Source: a virus (taxonomy: Duplodnaviria > Caudoviricetes). Taken from it: DNA of 64,000 nucleotides. The stretch is from positions 98 to 64,097 of IMG/VR virus record IMGVR_UViG_3300046328_000530, one strand, 5' to 3'. Made by a program: the position numbers and the translations under genes. The first letter of the stretch is position 1, and the number at the start of each line of letters is the position of its first letter. Under the pieces are notes generated by a model. The model had not been told where the DNA came from, ran no database searches, and saw only the letters and a program-made list of their open reading frames with translations. Below are positions 8,468 to 16,926 of the stretch, piece by piece.

Positions 8468-8533
8468 ATAAGCATAATGCAGCCTATATAATATAGCCGG
8501 TTACAAGCCCGAATAAATGCAGAGTATGTTTAT
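8468..8533 (+). ncRNA. twister self-cleaving ribozyme, type P1
   Basis: P1 AUAAGCA/UGUUUAU, U^AA site, P2 UGCA/UGCA, P3 CUAUA/UAUAG, CCGGUUACAAGCCCG and GAGUA. Co-linear with the P1 twister consensus (UAA-NNNN-GC...CCGGUNNCAAGCCCG...GAG). Confidence 0.85.
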
Positions 8534-8551
8534 TTATTTAAAAAAGAAATC

Positions 8552-8725
8552 ATGAAAAAATTAATTGTAGCAATGACCCTAATGACAGCACTTAGTAGCT
8601 GTTCGCTTAAAAAAGAAATACCATCAATGGAGTACAGATGTACATACGATGGCAATAGTACAGAGGTGCAATGCTTAAGAGCTTCGGATTCTGATAGTGA
8701 GTATTGCAAAAAACACAAAAATTAA
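8552..8725 (+). CDS. small lipoprotein (57 aa, not in the ORF track)
   Basis: MKKLIVAMTLMTALSS-C lipobox and a Cys-rich mature part. Confidence 0.7.
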   Translation: MKKLIVAMTLMTALSSCSLKKEIPSMEYRCTYDGNSTEVQCLRASDSDSEYCKKHKN

Positions 8726-8767
8726 TCATCAAATAAATAATCATTTTAAAAACTAAAAACTAAAGAC

Positions 8768-9022
8768 ATGAAAACTTTAAACACAGTATTAGGCCCCGTT
8801 ACTATCACAGATGCAAGAATCCAGAAAGCATCTGGTTATGGTCAGTATACCATAATCATTGAAATTGAATTTGAAGGAAAAAAAATCACAATTAAAGAAC
8901 ACTCGAATGATAGCCGCCTTTTTGATAAAGCATACGGAGAAGATGACCATGCGGCAATAGTTATGGAAGATGCTAAAAACATCATAGAAGATGCAGTTGA
9001 TGACTATATCCACTCATTGTAA
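8768..9022 (+). CDS. early hypothetical protein
   Basis: 84 aa ORF with an A-rich Bacteroidota-type leader. Confidence 0.65.
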   Translation: MKTLNTVLGPVTITDARIQKASGYGQYTIIIEIEFEGKKITIKEHSNDSRLFDKAYGEDDHAAIVMEDAKNIIEDAVDDYIHSL

Positions 9023-9058
9023 TTCAAATAACCATAAAAAATTAAAAACTAAAAAATC

Positions 9059-9322
9059 ATGAAAAAATTAATATTAACTATCGCTATCGCATTAACTTCA
9101 TTAATAACAGTAGCACAGCCGAAGTCAACCAAAGATGCACAGGGTAACTATTTACAAGTAAAATCAGATCACGAAAGTACTCCTGCAAAAATTACAGGGA
9201 AAACCTTTACAACTTCAAAAGGTGAAGTTTTTCCTGTAATGGAAAGCAAAAACGGTAAACTGTTTATTGTAAGAACAGCAAAAGTTTCAGGAAAGCAGTA
9301 CAAACAATACTTACAAGACTGA
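9059..9322 (+). CDS. small exported protein
   Basis: Signal peptide MKKLILTIAIALTSLITVA-Q. Confidence 0.65.
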   Translation: MKKLILTIAIALTSLITVAQPKSTKDAQGNYLQVKSDHESTPAKITGKTFTTSKGEVFPVMESKNGKLFIVRTAKVSGKQYKQYLQD

Positions 9323-9364
9323 TTATTAAACAATAGTATAACCAAACAAAAAAAACTAAATAAG

Positions 9365-9571
9365 ATGGAATTAAAAAACAAAGTTTACAGACCTTTCAAA
9401 TCACGTTTAATGAATAAAGAGTCTATTCTTTTATGTGACAAGGCATATGCAATGCCAATGACTTACAACGGAGAAGCACAGGCAGAAAAGGCGGCTAAAA
9501 AATACAATGGTAAAGCAATTCGTATTCCAATGCAGATGAATAGATACTATATTGAAAAACAGTACCTATGA
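9365..9571 (+). CDS. hypothetical protein
   Basis: 68 aa ORF in the early operon. Confidence 0.55.
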   Translation: MELKNKVYRPFKSRLMNKESILLCDKAYAMPMTYNGEAQAEKAAKKYNGKAIRIPMQMNRYYIEKQYL

Positions 9572-9589
9572 AAATAACCAATAAACAAA

Positions 9590-10123
9590 ATGGAAACTAC
9601 ACTATTTGAAGTAAAATTCAACAACGGAAGTAAATTTAATGTTTTTTGTTCTGGCTCTGTAAAAATGCCTTATCATAAGGGTGATCTGCTTTGGGTAAGA
9701 GAAACCTGGAGTCAAGGAAGTATTGAAAACGGAAAGCACACAGGCATTAGGTATAAGGCAGATGATGAAAGTTATAATGTAAGATGGAAGCCCTCCATCT
9801 TCATGCCTAAAGAAGCTGCACGTATATGGTTAAAAATTACGGATATAAAAGTTGAACGCCTGCAAGATATAACTGAAGCTATAAATGAAGGTGTGTTACT
9901 ACACAAACATGGTATACATTGGCTGAACTATATACATGAGAAATGGGAAACTACCCAGTTTATTTATAGCAGTGATACTGCTAAAAAAAGCTTTTTAACG
10001 TTGTGGAGCAGTATTAATAATAACGGTATTTGGGCGCAAACAATGATAGCTAATCCCCAGGTTTGGGTAGTGAGTTTTGAAGTAGTTAGTAAAACCGGAA
10101 AGCCAAAGGAGGTGAAATCATGA
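9590..10123 (+). CDS. ASCH/PUA-like phage protein, apparently N-terminally truncated or fused
   Basis: PYHKGDLLWVRETW, WKPSIFMPKEAARIWLKITDIKVERLQDI, NPQVWVVSF. Confidence 0.7.
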   Translation: METTLFEVKFNNGSKFNVFCSGSVKMPYHKGDLLWVRETWSQGSIENGKHTGIRYKADDESYNVRWKPSIFMPKEAARIWLKITDIKVERLQDITEAINEGVLLHKHGIHWLNYIHEKWETTQFIYSSDTAKKSFLTLWSSINNNGIWAQTMIANPQVWVVSFEVVSKTGKPKEVKS

Positions 10124-10668
10124 GTTACGGAACCGTTCAACAGGTTGGAAGCCTGTATAAAATAGATTGCAAACCAATTCCTAAAATAAAAAAAAATATG
10201 ATAACTATAATTAATGGCAATGAAGAGGAGGTTGTTTATATTGATTATAAAAAAGGCAATATACCACATCAAGTATATACGGCTGATAGTGATGGATGGA
10301 TGCATTCTTGGGATTTTTTTTGTAACAATGGGGATAAAAAAGATATTAGTTTTTATAATTCGGGTAGTGGTGGAAATAAAAAATCAATAGAGGCTTCAAA
10401 TTGGGCTAAAGGCTTTAAAGGTAAATATTGGTTGGGACAAGGGTGTGATTTAAACGGTAAATCAAATGGGATAAAACTCGAAAAACCTTTAAGAATAAAA
10501 GGATATTATTGCTCATCTATAAATCCATTTAAAGTTGGCGAAGAAACAAATAGTAGAGAGTATTGCGAAAAATGTGAATTTGAAAGTACTGAATTTTGCT
10601 ACAAACATAAATACGAAGACAATGAAGGAAATGAGCGCTGGATTAGTGATAATAAATATTCAGGCTAA
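10120..10668 (+). CDS. hypothetical protein with C-terminal Cys cluster
   Basis: 182 aa ORF with ATGA overlap to the upstream gene. Confidence 0.6.
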   Translation: MSYGTVQQVGSLYKIDCKPIPKIKKNMITIINGNEEEVVYIDYKKGNIPHQVYTADSDGWMHSWDFFCNNGDKKDISFYNSGSGGNKKSIEASNWAKGFKGKYWLGQGCDLNGKSNGIKLEKPLRIKGYYCSSINPFKVGEETNSREYCEKCEFESTEFCYKHKYEDNEGNERWISDNKYSG

Positions 10669-10936
10669 TTTTTAACCACTTAGAACACACACAGGTGGGG
10701 AGGTTTTTAAAACTTGCACTTTTTAAATACACTTTAAATTTAATACGATGGACATACCATTTTACATAAACAAGAAAAATAAATTCTCTAAATACTACTT
10801 TGATTCAAAAAATAACAAGTGGATATACAAAGATAATTTAAATGTTTACATTTTAGGATTAAAAACTAACAGAACTATTGACAGGGATAAAAAAATTAGA
10901 AAATCAAGATACGATTTAAAGTATTAAAATTATAGA

Positions 10937-11227
10937 ATGAGATCACTTATAAAAGAAACAACGGAAGATACCCTGATTGAATACCTATCAGAGCTAACCA
11001 TAGACGAGTTTGAAACACTTCTTAGGTATTGCGGAAAGTATCTGTTTACATGCATGGATAACCCTGCTATAAACCTTCATTTAGAACGAATATACGACTA
11101 TAGGGGTATTTGGCGTGTCGAGTTTACAGATAGTTCGTTTAATATAGAAACATACACCTATAAAATATCAGAACTAACAACAGAAGATCAACAAGAAATA
11201 ATTAACACAATTCAAGAAATTATATAA
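10937..11227 (+). CDS. hypothetical protein
   Basis: 96 aa ORF directly upstream of ERF. Confidence 0.55.
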   Translation: MRSLIKETTEDTLIEYLSELTIDEFETLLRYCGKYLFTCMDNPAINLHLERIYDYRGIWRVEFTDSSFNIETYTYKISELTTEDQQEIINTIQEII

Positions 11228-11229
11228 TC

Positions 11230-11919
11230 ATGACAAATAAGACTATTAACATATACCAAAAACTTCTTTGCATTCAGAAAAGAGTAATAGGGCTTGGAAA
11301 AGATAAGGCAGGTTTCAATTACAGATATGTAACTGGAGATAAAGTAATAGGAGAGATTAAGCCCATAATGAATGAACTTGGCCTAATACTAAAACAAGAG
11401 GTGCTTTCAATAGAGAATATACGTCAGGATTATAACACAAAGTTAGGAGCAAAAAGCGAGATTCTGTCAAAAGTAATGATGAGATTTACATGGGTTGATT
11501 GCGAAACAGGGGAAAAGGATGAAAACTTATTCGGAGCTAACGGGCAGAATGATTTTGATAAAGGTTGCGGGTCTGCATTTACGTATGCAGAGAGGTATTT
11601 TTTATTAAAATTCTTCCATATTGCAACAGATGAGGATGATATAGATAACCCTGACAGACAAACTACAGCAGTTGCCCAACCAAATGTAACACCATTTAAG
11701 CCACAGGAACGACATTCAGAACCTATAATCCACCCAGATTTGCTTCCGGGAACTGATAAATGGCTTGTTTGCGTCAACGGGATAGCAGAAGGAAAAGCAA
11801 CCGTTGAGAAAATTAAACTTAAAAACACGCTTAGTGTAGCAAATGAAAAACTTCTTGAAAAAGAAGCACAAACGATTAAACAAGAATTGGATAAAATCGC
11901 AAACCCTAAACTAAAATAA
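11230..11919 (+). CDS. ERF-family single-strand annealing protein
   Basis: GSAFTYAERYFLLKFFHIATDEDD ERF motif. Confidence 0.88.
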   Translation: MTNKTINIYQKLLCIQKRVIGLGKDKAGFNYRYVTGDKVIGEIKPIMNELGLILKQEVLSIENIRQDYNTKLGAKSEILSKVMMRFTWVDCETGEKDENLFGANGQNDFDKGCGSAFTYAERYFLLKFFHIATDEDDIDNPDRQTTAVAQPNVTPFKPQERHSEPIIHPDLLPGTDKWLVCVNGIAEGKATVEKIKLKNTLSVANEKLLEKEAQTIKQELDKIANPKLK

Positions 11920-11921
11920 TC

Positions 11922-12518
11922 ATGTCAGGATCAAAAAATACATTTATGGAAGAGCAAGAGAAATTTATTCCTCAAATTCAAAGAGAAGAAACAAAAATTA
12001 CCTTTGAACTCCCATTAATAGCACCTAAACGCTCTATTTACAACATAGAGCTTGACCATTTAGAAATAATGGCAGAAATAGAAAACAATGAAGGTGAAAT
12101 TACAGAAGAAATTGCAGAAAAGTTAGAGCTAACCATAGACGAGTTTGAAACTAAAGCGACTTCTTATGCTTATGTAATCAAGCATTATGATGACGAGTTG
12201 GCTAACATACAAAACGAAGTAGACAGGCTAAGGAAAATTGCGTTAAGCAAGATTAACGCCAGAGAGGGAGTTAAAGGGCGTATATATGCTGCCATGATTC
12301 GGTTTAATATAGATAAAGTAGAAAATAATAACATTAAGCTGTCCTTTCGTAAATCACAAAGCCTTGTAATAGACGAGGGAGCGGTTATCCCCGATAATTA
12401 CATAAATGTAAAGGAGGTAGAAACAATTGATAAGAAGGCTTTAAAAGAGGCTATTTTAGAGGGTTCTACTTTTGCTGGTATTTATGTATCCGAAAACAAG
12501 AATTTACAAATCCGTTAG
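11922..12518 (+). CDS. siphovirus Gp157-family protein
   Basis: Coiled coil plus LSFRKS...IDKKALKEAI...NLQIR. Confidence 0.8.
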   Translation: MSGSKNTFMEEQEKFIPQIQREETKITFELPLIAPKRSIYNIELDHLEIMAEIENNEGEITEEIAEKLELTIDEFETKATSYAYVIKHYDDELANIQNEVDRLRKIALSKINAREGVKGRIYAAMIRFNIDKVENNNIKLSFRKSQSLVIDEGAVIPDNYINVKEVETIDKKALKEAILEGSTFAGIYVSENKNLQIR

Positions 12519-12523
12519 AACAA

Positions 12524-12763
12524 ATGAAAAGTATTAGCACAGAAAAATCAAGATTAACACTAAAGCAATTCTTTAACCTGCACAAGATACCTGTACACTA
12601 TGTGGCAACTTTAGCAGTTATGAATAGATCTCTTCTTCATAACTACATATCAGGAGTTAGTAAGCCAAGCAATAAACAACTGAAAAGAATTGAATTAGCA
12701 ATTCACAAGTTAAGCGACGATATCAAATCAGTAAAATTAATAATAGGCAAAAATGAGTTCTGA
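12524..12763 (+). CDS. helix-turn-helix protein
   Basis: MNRSLLHNYISGVSKPS...RIELAIH pattern. Confidence 0.65.
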   Translation: MKSISTEKSRLTLKQFFNLHKIPVHYVATLAVMNRSLLHNYISGVSKPSNKQLKRIELAIHKLSDDIKSVKLIIGKNEF

Positions 12764-13205
12764 AATTAATATATTAGCCATTGATCAAGCAAGCAATGCT
12801 GGGTGGTGTACGAAAAATGGTTATGGAGTTTGGGACTTTAATACAAGGCGTGATGAATCTTCTGGTATGAAAATGCTCAGGTTTCGATCAAAACTTGTAG
12901 AGGTTTGCAAATTAGAGGAAATTAACCTTATTGTTTACGAAAGAGTTGCTGGTCAACATAAAAACTCTATTATTCATGCCGCTAAAATGGTGGCTATGAT
13001 TGAGACTTTTTGCGAAGAGAATAATATAAACTATAAAGCCGTATCAGCAAGTGAGATTAAGAAATTTGCAACAGGAAAGGGAAATGCAAATAAAGATAAG
13101 ATGATTGAATCTGCAAGAGTTCAATACGGATATGATGGGAATGATGATAATGAAGCAGATGCTATACATATTTATCATCACACAATATCAGACCTTAATA
13201 TTTAG
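12753..13205 (+). CDS. RuvC-like Holliday junction resolvase
   Basis: ILAIDQA, VYE, IKKFATGKGNANK, DDNEADA. Confidence 0.85.
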   Translation: MSSEINILAIDQASNAGWCTKNGYGVWDFNTRRDESSGMKMLRFRSKLVEVCKLEEINLIVYERVAGQHKNSIIHAAKMVAMIETFCEENNINYKAVSASEIKKFATGKGNANKDKMIESARVQYGYDGNDDNEADAIHIYHHTISDLNI

Positions 13206-13231
13206 TGAATCACAATTTAAACCAATTAATT

Positions 13232-13393
13232 ATGACAACTTTACCAAGAAAACAAAATCCATTCTTTGAAGAGGATTTTAATTACAAACAAATTGACGAT
13301 TCTGTCATGTACGACAGAGAACGGGAAGAAGAAATAAACTACGGTGTTGAAGATTTTGATGATGATTACGAAAGCGAGGTAGATCATGAGTAG
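13232..13393 (+). CDS. small acidic hypothetical protein
   Basis: D/E-rich short ORF. Confidence 0.45.
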   Translation: MTTLPRKQNPFFEEDFNYKQIDDSVMYDREREEEINYGVEDFDDDYESEVDHE

Positions 13394-13562
13394 TTCAGAT
13401 AAAACCAATATTGAAGTGCTGAAAATTTCACTTGTAATGGCTAAGAAAATATTCAACGAAAGTAAATACCTTTCAGAGGAGTTTATAGGAGGCTTTAAAT
13501 GCGCTATGGATATGGCACTTGATAGAGTTGAAAACATACTGGAAGAAAGAGACATTAAATAA
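13386..13562 (+). CDS. hypothetical protein (58 aa, not in the ORF track)
   Basis: MSSSDKTNIEVLKISL...EERDIK fills the operon gap. Confidence 0.45.
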   Translation: MSSSDKTNIEVLKISLVMAKKIFNESKYLSEEFIGGFKCAMDMALDRVENILEERDIK

Positions 13563-13581
13563 AATAATTAAAATTAATGTT

Positions 13582-14145
13582 ATGGAAAGAAATATCTACA
13601 AAATAGGAAAAGAATTGTACATCACTTCTGATGAAAAGGTCTCGCCAAGCCAAGATTGGTACAATGAATTTTTGTCTTGTTGTAAATCAAAAGAAGAATG
13701 TCATTGTAATAAAAAAAGAAGTATTCAATCAACGGTATATCCGGCAGTATACCGCCCTTTTATCAAAAATAATCAAACTAAAGCAATGATAAGAAGATTT
13801 AATTTCTGGGGATTTTACATCAGGAGCGAAGCAAAAAAAAATAGTTTACCAACCGCAAAAATGATAGTTGGTACAATCAAAGTTGAGCCGGTTACCGCTT
13901 CAGAAAAGATGGAGAACCTTGTCGATCAGGCTTATGAAGTATTAACCCTGAATAGAAATCCTATAGAAGATAATAAAAAACTTCAGGCCACGGAAATGGA
14001 TCATAAAACATATCAAAATCAAGGTAGACGGCCGGATCAAATGGAATATGATGCTAACTGGGGTTTTAGATGCATTACATGTATAGTAGTAATCATTGCA
14101 CTGATAGTAGCAGCCAAATACTTCAATTTAAGTATTAACAACTAA
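13582..14145 (+). CDS. hypothetical membrane-anchored protein, probably a mosaic of gene fragments
   Basis: C-terminal TM helix; internal start candidate MIRRF at 13787. Confidence 0.4.
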   Translation: MERNIYKIGKELYITSDEKVSPSQDWYNEFLSCCKSKEECHCNKKRSIQSTVYPAVYRPFIKNNQTKAMIRRFNFWGFYIRSEAKKNSLPTAKMIVGTIKVEPVTASEKMENLVDQAYEVLTLNRNPIEDNKKLQATEMDHKTYQNQGRRPDQMEYDANWGFRCITCIVVIIALIVAAKYFNLSINN

Positions 14146-14593
14146 ATATAGAACCAAAATGGAAATTTATTTAATAAAACTAAACGCCTTAATGGTAATT
14201 GATACTTGCGATCACTTAACCGATTTACATAATAAGAGAGAGGCGACTAAAGCCAATCCTTACTATCAAGTTCCGTAGAAAGAACTTGATAGTAAGAGAC
14301 CTTAGTGAAATAGACATTGATATAAATGAAACTATTCTAACAGGACTTTTGAAATGAGTTACGCTATACTCCCTATCAAATAATAGATTGATGTAAAGGA
14401 ACTACAACTTATGCTGTTTTGGTATTTGGATCAGGCATCTAATATCTTCTTAAATAATAAAGGTTATGTTCTGAAAGCTTCTGACCTCAAACTGAAACGA
14501 TATGCTTCGACACGAAACGACGGTAAGTTTGGCTTTTCTCACTCCGGTAACCACACAAACAATTAAATATTAACCATAAAAATCACTAAAAAA

Positions 14594-14920
14594 ATGAGCG
14601 AATTAAAAGTAGTAGTAAAAAGAATCGGGAAAACACAACAAATAACCGAAAAGTTTAAGAAAAGAGAATTAGTTGTAGATACTAAAGATGAGAAATACCC
14701 TCAAGTATTGATTTTTCAAGGCATTCAAGACATGTGTGAAAAGATGGATGAATTAAGGATTGAGGATGATATAACTATTAATTACAACCTTAAAGGTCGG
14801 GAGTATAATGCAAAGGATGGAAGTATTGGTGTTTTTAACACGCTTGAAATGTTGAAATTTCACATAAATCAAACGTCAGCAAATACAATAGAGTCTGATA
14901 ATGATGATCTACCTTTTTAA
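14594..14920 (+). CDS. single-stranded DNA-binding protein (DUF3127 family)
   Basis: FKKRELVV, YPQ, NLKGREY and an acidic DDLPF tail. Confidence 0.85.
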   Translation: MSELKVVVKRIGKTQQITEKFKKRELVVDTKDEKYPQVLIFQGIQDMCEKMDELRIEDDITINYNLKGREYNAKDGSIGVFNTLEMLKFHINQTSANTIESDNDDLPF

Positions 14921-14921
14921 T

Positions 14922-15314
14922 ATGAGTCCTCAAATCGCAGTCGGAATTGAACGCGCCGCTTTAATGCAGTACGTTCACAAAAAACAGCCTGCCCACATAA
15001 GAGACAATTTAGCATTTGAGAATATAATCAAAGTAGTTACACTTCATACAAATATTACCAAAGAGCAAATGCAGTCCTCTTCGAGAAAAAGAGACGTGGT
15101 AACAGCGAGGCATATAGCAATGTTAATTATAAAAAATTGCACATCAATTAGTTTGGTTGAGATAGGTAAAAGATTTGGAGGTAGAGACCATTCTACTGTC
15201 ATATACTCTATCCAATCATCAAAAGACTTGTTCAAATACAATATTTATTTCCGTGATTTAATGAACAAAATAACAAGAGAATCTATTGTTATAGATTTAT
15301 TAAACGGAGTGTGA
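14922..15314 (+). CDS. stand-alone DnaA C-terminal (domain IV) HTH protein
   Basis: SRKRDVVTARHIAM...SLVEIGKRFGGRDHSTVIYS. Confidence 0.85.
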   Translation: MSPQIAVGIERAALMQYVHKKQPAHIRDNLAFENIIKVVTLHTNITKEQMQSSSRKRDVVTARHIAMLIIKNCTSISLVEIGKRFGGRDHSTVIYSIQSSKDLFKYNIYFRDLMNKITRESIVIDLLNGV

Positions 15315-15339
15315 AAAAAGCTAAATAGAATTACAAAAG

Positions 15340-15732
15340 ATGAATAGAAATACTGTTGTAAATTCATTTAATTGGTATGGCGATTTGAATGATTTTATTG
15401 ATGATGTAAAACCTGATAGGTGGAAAGTATTTCAAGCATTAAGAGTTGAGGGGCAAAATGACAAACAATTTGATGAAATAAAAGTTACCGAAGAACAATT
15501 TGAAAGCTACATAAACAACCATAATCATCAAAAATCTATTGTGGTAGAAGACAATGAGGCAATGACAGGAAGTTATCTTTTGATTGACCCACAAGGTAGA
15601 TTATTTGAAAACTCAAAAGGGAAACATACATATTCAAAAACATTACAAGATAATGATATTGACAGTTGTTTGTCAGAAATAAATTTAAACAGAGAAATGT
15701 TTGTCAAACGAGGGGGCATCTATGAATGGTAG
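15340..15732 (+). pseudogene. C-terminal fragment of a prokaryotic viperin (radical SAM antiviral enzyme)
   Basis: NTVVN..N, PDRWKVFQ, GQND, MTGSYLLIDPQGRLF and RGGIYEW; the CxxxCxxC N-terminal half is absent. Confidence 0.8.
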
Positions 15733-15746
15733 GTGTCGTTAAGGTT

Positions 15747-15886
15747 GCTCCTAACGTTTCGCAGATTTGCGATGGGCGGGATTTAGAAAACGAATTTATC
15801 AACTTAAAACAAAAATTTATATGGAACACGAAACATCATTAAACAACGAAAAACATCGCCTAACAGCAGATTTGCTATTAGGCGAT
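15747..15886 (-). repeat. attC-like site of minus polarity with an internally inverted right arm
   Basis: GCTCCTAAC-GTTTC-GCAGATTTGCGATGGGCG ... CGCC[TAACAGCAGATTTGCTATTA]GGCGAT. Confidence 0.7.
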
Positions 15887-16525
15887 GTTTTTCTCCCACT
15901 TCTCAAAAAATTTGCATCAAATTATGATATGAGAGAATGGATGGCAACCCCTTTCAATGTAGGAAATAGAACGGTTGCGACAAATGGCTATTGCTTATTA
16001 TCAACTCCTTTTCAAGAAGGGTTTAATGATAGAAGCGAAAAAACAAAAACAGTTTATCCTATGGATCATAAGATAAACAAACCTATTCCAGTTGATGAAT
16101 TAAAGCAAAAATTAAAAGAATTTCCTTTAGTGGATTGCTTTGATGAAATTGAAACAACGTGCGATGCTTGTAATGGCGATGGAGAGGTAGAATTTGAGTT
16201 TTATCATAGTGGAAAAACCTATGAAATGGAACACGATTGCCCTGTTTGCGATGGGCAAGGAGTAACAAATACACAATCAAAAACACCAAACGGTAAAAAG
16301 GAACTTGACTACAACAAATTCTTTCAAATTGGTAAGTGCATTTTCAATGTTGCAAGAGTAGAAGAATTGATTTATGTCGCTGACTATTTAAAATCCGATG
16401 TTGTAAATATTGTAAACCAAACGGAGAAAAACAGAGCTTCTTTATTTACAATAAAAGATGTCGAAATGTTGGTAATGCCTATGATGTGTGATGATGAACG
16501 GAATGTCGCTCAAAATATCGCCTAA
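15821..16525 (+). CDS. beta-clamp-like phage protein with inserted CxxCxGxG zinc finger (cassette cargo)
   Basis: VATNGYCL and terminal LVMPM resemble DnaN motifs; CDACNGDG and CPVCDGQG. The start lies inside the repeat and the stop inside the CCTAAC core. Confidence 0.55.
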   Translation: MEHETSLNNEKHRLTADLLLGDVFLPLLKKFASNYDMREWMATPFNVGNRTVATNGYCLLSTPFQEGFNDRSEKTKTVYPMDHKINKPIPVDELKQKLKEFPLVDCFDEIETTCDACNGDGEVEFEFYHSGKTYEMEHDCPVCDGQGVTNTQSKTPNGKKELDYNKFFQIGKCIFNVARVEELIYVADYLKSDVVNIVNQTEKNRASLFTIKDVEMLVMPMMCDDERNVAQNIA

Positions 16526-16675
16526 CGGTTAATTAACAACTAAATTTAATACGAAGATGAATAAAGAAATTTCACAAAGCGATGGCGAATTGGCTTTTAG
16601 TTCATATCATTATGCGACCACACTCTTTTTAATTTTCTGAATATCATATTCTTTTTGTTTTGTGCCAATAAAAAC

Positions 16676-16812
16676 GGCTTATAACAGCGGTTTTAAGAAA
16701 TGGCGGGTTTAGTGATTAATTTAAACATTGTGTGTACTTTTGTGTTTTGGCTTTACCGAAAGTTTTGGCTTGTAAATCCGCAACTTCTTAAAGCCACGAT
16801 ACGTTATATGCC
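16676..16812 (+). repeat. attC-like hairpin site
   Basis: GGCTTATAAC-AGC-GGTTTTAAGAAATGGCGGGTTT ... AAATCCGCAACTTCTTAAAGCC-ACGATAC-GTTATATGCC. Confidence 0.85.
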
Positions 16813-16926
16813 ATTTTAGGGCGACAGTACAAAGATAAGCATTTGTGCTAAAATTTCAACATTTTGATACCACTCCCTACCAAAAAATATGTAACTTTGC
16901 AAATTATAATTTTAATTACAAATTAA

